From contig CAYHVH010000002.1 in the NCBI GenBank assembly GCA_964360335.1, forward strand, positions 804 to 64,803: 64,000 nt of DNA, given 5' to 3'. Below are positions 17,937 to 29,159 of the stretch, in pieces (the stretch's first letter is position 1; every line of letters starts with the position of its first letter). Source of the DNA: an uncultured Candidatus Saccharibacteria bacterium (GTDB taxonomy: Bacteria; Patescibacteriota; Doudnabacteria; UBA920; 2-01-FULL-46-14). A model generated the notes under the pieces. It ran no database searches. It was not told where the DNA came from and saw only the letters and a list, made by a program, of their open reading frames with translations. A program made the position numbers and the translations under genes.

Positions 17937-17942
17937 GATCTG

Positions 17943-18908
17943 TTACCACCACCAAATCAGAATTGAAAGCAAAACTATCAGAATAAAAGTAAACAAGTGA
18001 TAACTGGAGTGGCTGCGTTCTATCACCGCTTCGTGTCTAGAAATGATGACGGAATCCGCCGAAAGCACCAGAAGTAAAAACACGCCAAACAGGGTAAAAA
18101 CGGTGCGGCTCAAGTTCCGCGCACTTCCCAGGAAATCAAAGACAGTCGAGCGGGCAGGTGGCGATGGTTCTGGCGCTACGAACGGCTCGGGCGCGCGTGG
18201 CGCTTTTTTTACTACGAGCGGCGGCGACTTGGCTTCTTCGCCGCTTGCCGCAGTCGTGGTCGGGGTGGAAATGGCTTCGGGAACGCTCAAGGGAGGTGGG
18301 ACTCCTGGTGCAGGAGGGGGGAGGGCCGGTGCTTCGGCCTTGACTTTGGGTTTGGGTTTCGCGGCTTCGGTCGGCGCGCCAAATAGGCTGGTAGTGAGGT
18401 TGGTATATCGCCCTTGATAATCGCCGAACAGCGCCGCCAGCCCCTGATCAAAAAAATCGGGATGCAAGAGGTTCGCTCGATGAGTGGGACTATCGATCCA
18501 GGCTTTGACTAATCCCTCGGAGGTTGCAAAATCTACTGCCAAATTTTCGCCCAGGATTTTGTACGGCGTATAACCGGCGGCGACGATTTTCGGCCAGACG
18601 TAGTTGCCATCGGGATCAACGTGAGCGAAGTAGTCGCGATCAATCATGTCTTGCGACTTCTCCGATGCCGCCGTAAGCAACGCTCGGTGGGTGAAGAGGC
18701 GAGTAAGATTGCGGTTCTCCCGCTCCTCGTTGATGAGGGACATCAAGGTTTGAGATTCGACTGCGGCGCTTTCGGCTGACAGGGCTCCCAGAAAAAGGCG
18801 CAGTAAAAGTAAGAGGATGCCGTAAATTAAAAAAGCTTTGTAGGAAAGGACGGGCGGGCGGAAATTATTCTCGGGGGAAGCTATTAAAAAACTGGCGATT
18901 TTGCCCAT
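17943..18908 (-). CDS. CAP/SCP-domain membrane-anchored protein with Pro-rich linker
   Basis: INEERENRNL, KSQDMIDRDYFAH, GENLA, WIDSPTHRANLL. Confidence 0.85.
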   Translation of the reverse strand: MGKIASFLIASPENNFRPPVLSYKAFLIYGILLLLLRLFLGALSAESAAVESQTLMSLINEERENRNLTRLFTHRALLTAASEKSQDMIDRDYFAHVDPDGNYVWPKIVAAGYTPYKILGENLAVDFATSEGLVKAWIDSPTHRANLLHPDFFDQGLAALFGDYQGRYTNLTTSLFGAPTEAAKPKPKVKAEAPALPPPAPGVPPPLSVPEAISTPTTTAASGEEAKSPPLVVKKAPRAPEPFVAPEPSPPARSTVFDFLGSARNLSRTVFTLFGVFLLLVLSADSVIISRHEAVIERSHSSYHLFTFILIVLLSILIWWW

Positions 18909-18927
18909 AATTTGGTATAATTATAGC

Positions 18928-19293
18928 ATGGCAAGAGTGGGAATGCATCTCTGGTTGGCAGTCACAGCCGTTATTGCGGCCCTGACTGTGGGGCTATGGT
19001 TGATGAGCATGGTCAGTCCCGAGGAGGCTCAAATCTGGCAGCAAGCCGTTGTTTATGGGGCGGCATTTCTGGGAGTATTTGGGCTAGCCACACTTTTAGG
19101 ATATCTTGTGCGTGCGATTTTTTGGCCGGGCGGCCTCCGGTACGAGCACTTGAAATCTTCGAGGCGGCAAGGCATACTCTTGGGCTTTCTGGCCGTGGTT
19201 TCCCTCATTCTCCAAGCGGCCGCCATTTTTAACAGCGGCACGGCCCTGCTGCTCCTGATAATTTTTGGGCTTTTGGAACTTTATGTCCAATAA
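18928..19293 (+). CDS. Small four-TM membrane protein
   Basis: Hydrophobic; SSRRQGILLG; ATG 6 nt after TATAAT. Confidence 0.7.
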   Translation: MARVGMHLWLAVTAVIAALTVGLWLMSMVSPEEAQIWQQAVVYGAAFLGVFGLATLLGYLVRAIFWPGGLRYEHLKSSRRQGILLGFLAVVSLILQAAAIFNSGTALLLLIIFGLLELYVQ

Positions 19294-19434
19294 AGCAAGC
19301 CTCGGTGACCTAAAGAGGACGGCATTAAAAGAGCTTGATGCGGCAACCAGCTTATCGGCCCTGTTTCTGGTGGAAAAAAGATATTTAGGATATAAAGGAC
19401 GCTTGACCGATTAAGAACGTTAAGCCAATTTTGA
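19283..19434 (+). pseudogene. pheS: Relic of canonical phenylalanyl-tRNA synthetase alpha subunit with an internal deletion
   Basis: 43-codon ORF ...LKRTALKELDAATSLSALFLVEKRYLGYKGRLTD* resembles the PheS N-terminal coiled coil (YLGKKGxLT). It is joined directly to LRTLSQF* in another frame, which resembles the PheS C-terminus (DLRFLxQF). Confidence 0.7.
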
Positions 19435-19435
19435 C

Positions 19436-20491
19436 ATGGCCGAAAACGACCAACAGAGATCAGACCAAGAGCCTAAGGACGAAGATTTGGAATTTATTGT
19501 CATGCCCCAGGGTGAAGGGCTGGCCGTAGGAAACTCTCTTCCCTCAAAGGCCGAGCCCGGTGCGCGGAGCAAGCCGTCCTTCAAAGTCTGGTTAGTGCTC
19601 CTCGTCCTGCTGCTGGTTTTGCTTGGTGGTTTGGTTTACTGGCGCTATCCGGATGTTCTAGAGCGACTTAATTTCGGCAAGCAGGGACCCGCGTCCTTGC
19701 CGGAGTTGAGCTTGCCTGCCGGGGAAGAGGAACGAGTCGATTCCGACAAGGACGGGCTTACCGACAAGGAGGAATTTGATCTGGCCCTTAATCCGCAAAA
19801 GGCCGACAGTGACGATGACGGCCTGGCAGACAGCGATGAAATCAAGATTTATGGCTCGGACCCGCTGCTTCTGGATACGGACAATGACGGGTTTGACGAC
19901 GGCCGCGAAGTAGCCCTAGGTTACAGTCCTGTAAGCCCGTCCCCAGAGAAAGCCGGTGCCGAGGAACTTCAGCTTTGGACCGAGCGGATTCGCGTGCAGG
20001 GTTTGCATGAACCAACCAAAACCACCTTGGCGCTCAAGAGTTTTGACTCGGACCAGCCGGAGTCGGCCTATGTCAACAGCCAATACGGATATCGGTTGGT
20101 TTTACCCGCGGCCTTGACCTACCGCGAAGCTCAAGGTCAGGGCCTTGTTGGATTTTATGTAGCGGGCACCACCCCGGCCGACAGCGACCCCGCCACAGAC
20201 CCAATCAGCATCAATGTGGCTGTAAAAACGGGAAGCCAAACCTTGGAGGATTGGCTCAAGGACTTCCACCAGCCGGCAGACTATGGAAAAGCGGAAAATC
20301 TGGCAGTGAACAACCTCCAGGCGATACGCCTCCGCGGCCTCAAAACCGAAACCTGTCCCCAGGATAAGACTTTCTTCCTGAGACCAGAGCAAAGCGGAAC
20401 GGTGATTGTCTTGACTTGGACCTGCAATGAAAACACGGCATATAGCCCGATATATGAACAAATTATTACGAGTTTTGAGTTCGTGCAATGA
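19436..20491 (+). CDS. Membrane-anchored protein with Ca-binding DxDxDG repeats and a PsbP-like C-terminal domain
   Basis: One TM segment; DSDKDGLTD, DSDDDGLAD, DTDNDGFDD; YVNSQYGYRLVLP. Confidence 0.75.
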   Translation: MAENDQQRSDQEPKDEDLEFIVMPQGEGLAVGNSLPSKAEPGARSKPSFKVWLVLLVLLLVLLGGLVYWRYPDVLERLNFGKQGPASLPELSLPAGEEERVDSDKDGLTDKEEFDLALNPQKADSDDDGLADSDEIKIYGSDPLLLDTDNDGFDDGREVALGYSPVSPSPEKAGAEELQLWTERIRVQGLHEPTKTTLALKSFDSDQPESAYVNSQYGYRLVLPAALTYREAQGQGLVGFYVAGTTPADSDPATDPISINVAVKTGSQTLEDWLKDFHQPADYGKAENLAVNNLQAIRLRGLKTETCPQDKTFFLRPEQSGTVIVLTWTCNENTAYSPIYEQIITSFEFVQ

Positions 20492-21669
20492 GTAGCATTT
20501 TGTCCACTGATAAAACTTTGCGCGACCATCAGCACATCAAAGTCCAATCGGCTCAAGAAACGCGTCTGAAACAGGAGCTTCAGAGTCGGACCGACGCGGA
20601 AAGCCAGAGGATAGAGCGTTATTTGGCCATGCCCGACTTATCACGTACTGAAGGCAGCCCGCTTCGGGAACTAGTAAAGCGGATAGTTAATCTGCCCGAT
20701 TTTAAGGATTTTGATGTTATCCAGGTCCCCGAGATCGTGCCCGCGGACATTAGTTTTGATTTATTTGATTTTCCGAAAGACCATCCAGCCAGATCAAAAT
20801 CTGATACCTATTACGCGGACTCAAACCACATTCTACGCACGCATACAACTGTGATGTGGTATTACTATCTCAAGCACCCCGCTATTAAAAGACGAATTGC
20901 GAATGGGGAAGCGGTTGGTTCATTCTGCTATGGCAAAGTCTATCGCAAAGATGAAATTGACCGGCATCACATGAATGTATTTCACAATATGGACGGCTGG
21001 TATCTTATCCCAAAGGACCAAAAAATAATTACCAGCCAGGACTTACAGGATGTTCTCGCGATAATTGCCAAATCGAATTTTGGTCTACGGGTAAAATATC
21101 GATTCAACGAAGATACCTTTCCATACACTGTCCCATCATTGGAAATGGAAATCGATAAAGGGGATGGCAAGTGGCTTGAAGTAGTCGGCGCTGGTATTGT
21201 AAAAGGGAGTGTGCTGGACAAATTAGGCGTCGATTCTGCGGAATACAATGGCTGGGCGTTTGGATTTGGATTGGAACGTTTGGCGATGATTAGCATGGAG
21301 CTGCCTGATATTCGGCTGTTTTGGTCCCAGGACGGACGCGTTAAAAAGCAGCTTGTCCTTGGAAACAAATTTAGGGAAGTTTCGAAATTTCCGTCGATCA
21401 CGCGCGATATTTCATTTATCGTTGATAAGAGTTTTGTTCCTAATGATTACTTTGATCTAATACGCGATATTGGCGGAGATCTGGTGGAGGAGGTTCGACT
21501 TTTGGACAAATACGAAGACCTGGAGAAGTTTGGACGAGATAAGGTGAGTTACACTTACCGGGTGGTGTACCGCAGTCCTCAAAGAACCCTGACCGCGGAG
21601 GAAGTAGAAAAGCTGCAAAGCAGACTTTATCAGCAAACAAAGATGCAGTATAAAGCCGACCTGAGATGA
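20488..21669 (+). CDS. Monomeric, mitochondrial-type phenylalanyl-tRNA synthetase (catalytic domain plus FDX-ACB anticodon domain)
   Basis: HPARSKSDTYY, LRTHTT, VYRKDEID..H..VFH, FPYTVPSLE, GWAFGFGLERLAM, then SKFPSITRDISF...SYTYRVVYRS..RTLT. Confidence 0.88.
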   Translation: MSSILSTDKTLRDHQHIKVQSAQETRLKQELQSRTDAESQRIERYLAMPDLSRTEGSPLRELVKRIVNLPDFKDFDVIQVPEIVPADISFDLFDFPKDHPARSKSDTYYADSNHILRTHTTVMWYYYLKHPAIKRRIANGEAVGSFCYGKVYRKDEIDRHHMNVFHNMDGWYLIPKDQKIITSQDLQDVLAIIAKSNFGLRVKYRFNEDTFPYTVPSLEMEIDKGDGKWLEVVGAGIVKGSVLDKLGVDSAEYNGWAFGFGLERLAMISMELPDIRLFWSQDGRVKKQLVLGNKFREVSKFPSITRDISFIVDKSFVPNDYFDLIRDIGGDLVEEVRLLDKYEDLEKFGRDKVSYTYRVVYRSPQRTLTAEEVEKLQSRLYQQTKMQYKADLR

Positions 21670-21677
21670 TATGCTAA

Positions 21678-23792
<2,115 letters not shown>

Positions 23793-23816
23793 TCGACTGT
23801 TCAATAATCAAAACGC

Positions 23817-24527
23817 ATGATACGGGGAATCGCTTTTGATCTTGAGGGCCCGATTATTAATGTGGAGTCTATTCACTTCGAAGCTTTTGTACGTGCTGCA
23901 AAAGGATTGGGTATCGATATAACGTTCGAACGAATTGTTCAAGCAATCCCTAATGCGATTGGCGGTGGAGATAAAGTTATATCAGAGGGGATCTCTAAGA
24001 TGGCTGGGGGGCGCGTCTCTGCCGAGGACGTTCATGACCGCAAACGGCAGGTGTACGATGAGCTTATAGAGACGGAAACAATCACGATGCGCGATGGTTT
24101 CAAAGAGGTTCTGGATTATTTTACACAGCAAAAGATTCCTATCTCCATAGGCTCTCTGACTCCCGTGAACCAAGCTCGTTTATTGCTGGAGAGATCCGGA
24201 CTCGACAGGTTTATTCCCCCAGAAAAAATCGTGCTCCAAGATGCGGTAAGAAATTTGAAGCCCGCACCCGATGTGTTCCTCGAGACCGCTCGTCGCATGA
24301 GGATTTCTCCTACAGAGCAATTAATTTTCGAGGATTCTGTACCCGGAGTACTGGCAGCTCGCGCGGCTCACTCGCTCGTTATTGCGGTTCCGGTTTACGC
24401 CTTTTCTGAAAATTTACTACAAATAGTCGAAGCCGGTGCGAATAGGGTTTTTGTGGATTGGAAGGAAATGAACATTGATCAGGTTTTCCGTAATCTCCAA
24501 AAAGACTCCGCAACATATTCCTCATGA
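23817..24527 (+). CDS. HAD-family phosphatase (beta-PGM/CbbY-like)
   Basis: FDLEG, KPAPDVF, FEDSVPGVLAARAA. Confidence 0.85.
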   Translation: MIRGIAFDLEGPIINVESIHFEAFVRAAKGLGIDITFERIVQAIPNAIGGGDKVISEGISKMAGGRVSAEDVHDRKRQVYDELIETETITMRDGFKEVLDYFTQQKIPISIGSLTPVNQARLLLERSGLDRFIPPEKIVLQDAVRNLKPAPDVFLETARRMRISPTEQLIFEDSVPGVLAARAAHSLVIAVPVYAFSENLLQIVEAGANRVFVDWKEMNIDQVFRNLQKDSATYSS

Positions 24528-24572
24528 ATAAATTTGTTTTGGTAATGCTTTAATATTAATGTATCTGCGTAC

Positions 24573-25532
24573 ATGAAAAAAACGGTGAATGTTGGGGGCA
24601 TTCCGGTCGGGGCGGATTATCCAGCTCTGGTTATAGGAGAGATAGGTATAAACGCCAATGGCGTTATGGATATCGCAATGAAGCTGATTGATGTTGCCGC
24701 AGATGTTGGGTGTGGTGCCGTCAAGTTCCAAAAGCGCGATATTAATAAAGTTTTCTCAGCAGACGCGCTGGCGAAATCCTGGGCAGGGGGGATGCCCGCA
24801 GAGTTGCTCCAAAACGCAATTGCCAGAGGAGTTCTTCAGGAAGAGAATGTAAGACGTTTACGGGCAACGAATTTCTCGGATGTTACAGAAGGCGATTTCA
24901 GATGGACGATCGAGTTTACGGAGGAAGAGTTCAAACAAATTGACGCATACTGTAAAAAGAAGGAGATTATATGGTACGCCTCTCCCTGGGATATGGAGAG
25001 TGTGGACGTACTTGAGCGGCTCGGGGTACCATGTTACAAGGTCGCGTCTGCATCGATCTCGGATCATCCGCTTTTGAAGCATATCCGGTCAAAAGGTAAG
25101 CCCGTTATCCTTGCAACCGGGATTAGCGAGATGAACGAGGTAGATGCCGCGGTGGATATTCTGGGCAGAGAGAACCTTATTATTCTACATTGTGTTTCCA
25201 CTTATCCGTCCGAAGACTCTGAGCTGAATCTCCGCGTCATTCATACTCTACAGAATCGCTTTCCCGGTGTTCCCGTCGGCTACAGTGGACACGAGCGGGG
25301 TGTAGCGACATCAGTGGCGGCAGTGGCCCTTGGTGCCTGCATGGTTGAGCGGCATATTACGCTTGATCGCGGAATGTATGGCCCTGATCAGGCAGCTAGT
25401 GTCGATCCAGAAAACCTCCGAATAATGGTCCGCGATATTCGGAGTGTTGAGGCCGCGCTTGGTGATGGTGTGAAACGTTTTCTCGATAGGGAGCGCCCCG
25501 TCAGAAAAATGTTGGAGACCCGCTCTTCCTAA
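24573..25532 (+). CDS. NeuB-family nonulosonic acid synthase, no C-terminal SAF domain
   Basis: GEIGINANG, AVKFQKR, YKVASA, LHCVSTYP, GYSGHE, ERHITLDRGMYGPDQAAS. Confidence 0.88.
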   Translation: MKKTVNVGGIPVGADYPALVIGEIGINANGVMDIAMKLIDVAADVGCGAVKFQKRDINKVFSADALAKSWAGGMPAELLQNAIARGVLQEENVRRLRATNFSDVTEGDFRWTIEFTEEEFKQIDAYCKKKEIIWYASPWDMESVDVLERLGVPCYKVASASISDHPLLKHIRSKGKPVILATGISEMNEVDAAVDILGRENLIILHCVSTYPSEDSELNLRVIHTLQNRFPGVPVGYSGHERGVATSVAAVALGACMVERHITLDRGMYGPDQAASVDPENLRIMVRDIRSVEAALGDGVKRFLDRERPVRKMLETRSS

Positions 25533-25555
25533 GTATGTCGTTAGGTAAGTAAGGG

Positions 25556-25651
25556 TCGGACATCTTCGAGACCCTGATGGGCGACGAAGTCGGCCCGCGG
25601 AAGAAATTCATTCAAACGCACGCCAAAACCGTTAAGAATTTGGATATTTAG
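25556..25651 (+). repeat. 96-bp direct repeat, copy 2 (displaced gyrB 3' fragment)
   Basis: Last 77 bp identical to 23716-23792; the 4 differences in the first 20 bp are all synonymous in the GyrB frame. Confidence 0.95.
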
Positions 25652-25734
25652 CTCGATTTTTATCGGGTAGCCAGAATAAAATCGTCCCCGAGGCGGTTTT
25701 TTTAGATTCTTATCAATTAATAAAAAGGCCTTTC

Positions 25735-25931
25735 AAAAGGCCGATAAAGCGGCGCGCTACCGAAGCGTAGCTTGCCTATTAATAGGCATAACTTATAAAC
25801 TTGCATTATTCCGAGCGTTCTCGTACAATGAGCTTAAGTTAAAAGAAAGGCCGCGAAAGGCCTTTTAAAAAAGGGAAAAAGGCCGATAAAGCGGCGCGCT
25901 ACAGAGGTAGCTTGCCCATTTATGGGCATAA
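25735..25931 (+). repeat. Duplicated ~55-nt triple-hairpin element (25735-25791, 25877-25931) upstream of secE
   Basis: AAAAGGCCGATAAAGCGGCGCGCTAC..GTAGCTTGCCYAT..ATRGGCATAA in both copies. Confidence 0.85.
25801..25829 (+). promoter_or_regulatory. Sigma70 promoter for secE-nusG-rplK-rplA
   Basis: TTGCAT-17 bp-TACAAT. Confidence 0.65.
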
Positions 25932-25935
25932 GGAA

Positions 25936-26118
25936 ATGGGCAGAATTATCCAATTCTTGAAGGACGTCAGGGTTGAGCTAGCTAAGGTTGTCTGGCCGAC
26001 CCGTAAAGAGGCGTTGAAGATAACAGGCATTGTTATCCTATTTTCGGTTTTTGTCGCCCTGTTTCTTGGAGCGATCGACTACGGCCTGACGAGACTAATT
26101 AGTTTGCTTTTGAAGTAG
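25936..26118 (+). CDS. secE: Preprotein translocase subunit SecE
   Basis: FLKDVRVELAKVVWPTRKE plus one TM; upstream of nusG. Confidence 0.93.
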   Translation: MGRIIQFLKDVRVELAKVVWPTRKEALKITGIVILFSVFVALFLGAIDYGLTRLISLLLK

Positions 26119-26119
26119 C

Positions 26120-26665
26120 ATGCCCAGGCAAATCTCGACCGGCGAAACCCATTGGTACGTGCTCCATACTTACTCGGGGTATGAGGACTCGGTCGTCCAT
26201 AATTTAAAACAGAGAATCGAGTCCATGGGAATGGAGGACAAAATTTTTGAAGTTATCGTACCGAAGGAGAAAAAAATCAAAATCCGGGAGGGCAAACGGC
26301 TGACTGTCGAGGAGAAAATTTTTCCCGGATATGTTTTGGTCAACATGATTGTCACTGATGATTCCTGGTACGTGGTCAGGAACACCCCGAATGTTACCGG
26401 GTTCGTCGGTTCCGGCACCATCCCCAGCCCCATCTCGGACGAAGAGGTCAAAGTCATCCAGAAACGCATGGGGATGGAAGAGCCGAAATACAAGATCGAG
26501 TTTGTGGTCAATGACCTGGTGAGGATTACCGATGGGCCTTTCAAGAGCTATGAGGGTAAGGTCTCGGAGATTGACGAGGCGAAAGGGAAAATTAAAGTAC
26601 TGGTGTCCATTTTTGGCCGGGAAACCCCCGTAGAACTGGACTTCTTGCAGGCGAAGAAACTATGA
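26120..26665 (+). CDS. nusG: Transcription termination/antitermination factor NusG
   Basis: WYVLHTYSGYE, FPGYVLV, KOW domain, IFGRETPVEL. Confidence 0.97.
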   Translation: MPRQISTGETHWYVLHTYSGYEDSVVHNLKQRIESMGMEDKIFEVIVPKEKKIKIREGKRLTVEEKIFPGYVLVNMIVTDDSWYVVRNTPNVTGFVGSGTIPSPISDEEVKVIQKRMGMEEPKYKIEFVVNDLVRITDGPFKSYEGKVSEIDEAKGKIKVLVSIFGRETPVELDFLQAKKL

Positions 26666-26673
26666 TTATTAAG

Positions 26674-26839
26674 TAGTCCCTCGACTTCGCTCATCCTTCG
26701 GCAAGCTCAGGATGACCTTGAGCCAGCCGAAACGGTCAGGACATTCGACTTCTTTCAACAAGAGGTCGAGGTCCTGCGGTAAGCAGGAACGAGACCATGA
26801 GCGAAGCGAGGAGGCGTTAGCGAGGAACGAAGTCGAATG
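26674..26839 (+). repeat. Structured repeat ending in the rplK start codon, with a nested 45-nt insert
   Basis: Homologous to the reverse complement of 36465-36582; CATTCGACTTC...GAAGTCGAATG inverted repeat. Confidence 0.85.
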
Positions 26840-27262
26840 GCAAAAAAAGTCAAAATTACTCTCAAGCTACAAATTACCGCAGGCAAAGCCAGTCCCGCGC
26901 CGCCCATCGGCCCGGCCTTGGGCCAGCACGGGATTAACATCATGGATTTTTGCAATAAATTCAACGAGAAAACCCGTGACAAAGCCGACTCCGTGATCCC
27001 CGTACTGATTACCATCTACGAGGATCGGAGTTTCGATTTTATCCTCAAAACTCCACCAGTTTCGGACTTGATTAAAAAGGCTCTCAAAATAGAAAAGGGC
27101 TCGGGTAATCCCCTCAAGGCCAAAGTCGGGAAGTTGACCCGGGCGCAATTGCGGGAAATTGCCGAAGCCAAGCGGCAGGACCTCAATGCCAGCACCATTG
27201 AAGCCGCGGAAAAAATCGTAGCCGGCACGGCCCGGAGCATGGGTGTCGAGATAGAGCAGTAG
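26837..27262 (+). CDS. rplK: 50S ribosomal protein L11
   Basis: [25 protein letters not shown]. Confidence 0.97.
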   Translation: MAKKVKITLKLQITAGKASPAPPIGPALGQHGINIMDFCNKFNEKTRDKADSVIPVLITIYEDRSFDFILKTPPVSDLIKKALKIEKGSGNPLKAKVGKLTRAQLREIAEAKRQDLNASTIEAAEKIVAGTARSMGVEIEQ

Positions 27263-27284
27263 AATTTCTAATTTCTAATGTCTA

Positions 27285-27959
27285 ATGTCTAAACGTTTTG
27301 AGGAAATTGCCAAGCTCGTGGATCCGGCTAAGGTCTACCCCATCGAGGAGGCGATAAAGCTAGCGAAGCAAACCTCAACCGTGAAGTTTGACGCCTCGGT
27401 TGAGGTGCATTTCAAGCTGAATGTTGACCCAAAGCAGACTGACCAAAAGGTCCGCACCCAGGTAATGTTGCGGCATGGAACCGGCAAAACTTTGCGCGTG
27501 GCGGCTTTTGTGACCCACACTCGGGAAAAGGAAGCGAGAGAGGCAGGGGCAGAGCCGGTTGGGGGGGAGGAACTGGTAAAGCGCATCAAGGAAACGGAAA
27601 AAACCGATTTTGATGTTGCCGTCGCCGAACCCGCGATGATGAAAAGTTTGACCATGATTGCCAAGATTTTGGGGCAACGGGGCCTAATGCCCAACCCGAA
27701 AACTGGAACCGTCGGCGAGGCAGTGGCGAAAATGATTAAAGAGCTAAAGGCCGGAAAAATCGACATCAAAACAGACGATTCCGGCAACATCCACCAAACC
27801 ATCGGCCGGGTGTCCTTTGACGATCGGAAACTTCTGGAAAATTTCCAAGATCTCAAGGAAGCGATCTATAAAGCCAAACCGGGTTCGGTCAAACGGGATT
27901 TTGTCTCTGCCATTACTTTGAGTTCCTCGATGGGCCCGGGGATCCGGGTTGAGAAATAA
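27285..27959 (+). CDS. rplA: 50S ribosomal protein L1
   Basis: KFDASVEVH, LGQRGLMPNPKTGTV, SSMGPG. Confidence 0.97.
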   Translation: MSKRFEEIAKLVDPAKVYPIEEAIKLAKQTSTVKFDASVEVHFKLNVDPKQTDQKVRTQVMLRHGTGKTLRVAAFVTHTREKEAREAGAEPVGGEELVKRIKETEKTDFDVAVAEPAMMKSLTMIAKILGQRGLMPNPKTGTVGEAVAKMIKELKAGKIDIKTDDSGNIHQTIGRVSFDDRKLLENFQDLKEAIYKAKPGSVKRDFVSAITLSSSMGPGIRVEK

Positions 27960-27971
27960 ATGTTTGGGAAA

Positions 27972-27996
27972 ACCCGACCTGGAGTCGGATTTTTTT
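27972..27996 (+). terminator. Probable intrinsic terminator after rplA
   Basis: CCGAC-CTGGA-GTCGG followed by a T7 tract. Confidence 0.5.
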
Positions 27997-28051
27997 GACC
28001 CCTGGTTTCAGATGGGGTAAGATAAGAAGGAAGAATCTAAAAAGACCTGGC

Positions 28052-28651
28052 GTGCTGCTTTCCGACAAAGACATCAAAGCGAAACTTGCAAACGGCGAGA
28101 TTAAAATTGAACCCTTGCCGGATTTGGATATAGCCCTGGGCCCAATTTCGATTGACTTGCGGCTGGGGCACCAATTTTTGGTCTACAAACGGACCGAGCA
28201 GCCCTTTATCGATGTCAAAAAACCGGAAACTTTCGAGAATTTGACCACGCTCCTGAGCAAAAACGAGGCGGAGTCGTTTACCATTCACCCCGGGGAGTTT
28301 GTTCTCGCCGGTACTCTGGAATATGTGGAGATTCCCAATAACCTGGCCGGCCGTCTGGAAGGCCGCTCCAGCCTCGGCCGTCTGGGGATTATCATCCACT
28401 CGACCGCCGGGAAGTTTGACCCGGGCTGGAAAGGCCGGCTGGTTTTGGAAATCAGCAATATCGGCCTTGTTCCGGTCCGGCTTTACCCGGAGATGCGGGT
28501 CTGCCAGCTGCTGTTTGAGGAGTTAAGCTCGGAAACTTCCCAGCCCTATACGGCGCGAAAAACCTCGAAATACAAATTCCAGGGTCAGCCGGTCGGCAGC
28601 CGGATCGTGGCCGAGGAGGAAGAATTGCAAAATAAAGGGAAACTGCTGTGA
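28052..28651 (+). CDS. dcd: dCTP deaminase
   Basis: LLSDKDI, SIDLRLG, EGRSSLGRLG, TAGKFDPGWKG.LVLE; GTG start. Confidence 0.93.
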   Translation: MLLSDKDIKAKLANGEIKIEPLPDLDIALGPISIDLRLGHQFLVYKRTEQPFIDVKKPETFENLTTLLSKNEAESFTIHPGEFVLAGTLEYVEIPNNLAGRLEGRSSLGRLGIIIHSTAGKFDPGWKGRLVLEISNIGLVPVRLYPEMRVCQLLFEELSSETSQPYTARKTSKYKFQGQPVGSRIVAEEEELQNKGKLL

Positions 28652-29073
28652 AGGTTAAAATCAAGCGGCTCGATAAAAGTTTACCCTTGCCGGACTATCA
28701 CACAAAGGGAGCAGTGGCGTTTGATATTTATTCGCGCGTTGACGAAATCATCGGGCCACACGGCAGAAAAATCGTTCCCTCGAACCTAATCATTGAGGTT
28801 CCCAAAGGTTATGTCCTGGTTCTTGCCGCCCGAAGCAGCCTGTCTAAAAAGGGGCTGAGGCTCAGTAATGGCATCGGAATCATTGACCAAGATTATCACG
28901 GACCTCAAGATGAAATCAGTATTCTTTTGAATAACTTTACGGACCAATCGGTTGAGGTAAAAAAAGGCGAAAGGATTGCGCAAGGATTCATCATTCCTGT
29001 GGAAAAGGCGGATTGGGAAGAGGTTCCGGAAATAAAAAAAGAATCAAGAGGCGGATTTGGTTCAACGGGATAA
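28648..29073 (+). CDS. dut: dUTPase
   Basis: AARSSL, GIIDQDYHG, ERIAQ, RGGFGSTG. Confidence 0.95.
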   Translation: MKVKIKRLDKSLPLPDYHTKGAVAFDIYSRVDEIIGPHGRKIVPSNLIIEVPKGYVLVLAARSSLSKKGLRLSNGIGIIDQDYHGPQDEISILLNNFTDQSVEVKKGERIAQGFIIPVEKADWEEVPEIKKESRGGFGSTG

Positions 29074-29085
29074 CTACTTAGCTTC

Positions 29086-29151
29086 GTCATTGCGAGGAGC
29101 TCTGCGACGAAGCAATCTGCATTGGGATTGCTTCGCTTCACTCGCAATGAC
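29086..29151. repeat. REP-like GTCATTGCGAG...CTCGCAATGAC palindrome
   Basis: Terminal inverted repeat with an inner CGAAGCAATC/GATTGCTTCG stem; second copy at 33079-33161. Confidence 0.85.
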
Positions 29152-29159
29152 AAAACAAT

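Noticed and set aside
25556-25651. gyrB duplicate as a simple assembly artefact
   Set aside because: Four synonymous differences and distinct flanks; a strain chimera is still not excluded without reads.
25720-25935. tRNA-Trp at its usual position before secE
   Set aside because: No acceptor stem, T-loop GTTCRA or anticodon arm; only three short hairpins.
26712-26996. 94-aa ORF between nusG and rplK
   Set aside because: Translation of repeat DNA overlapping rplK out of frame.
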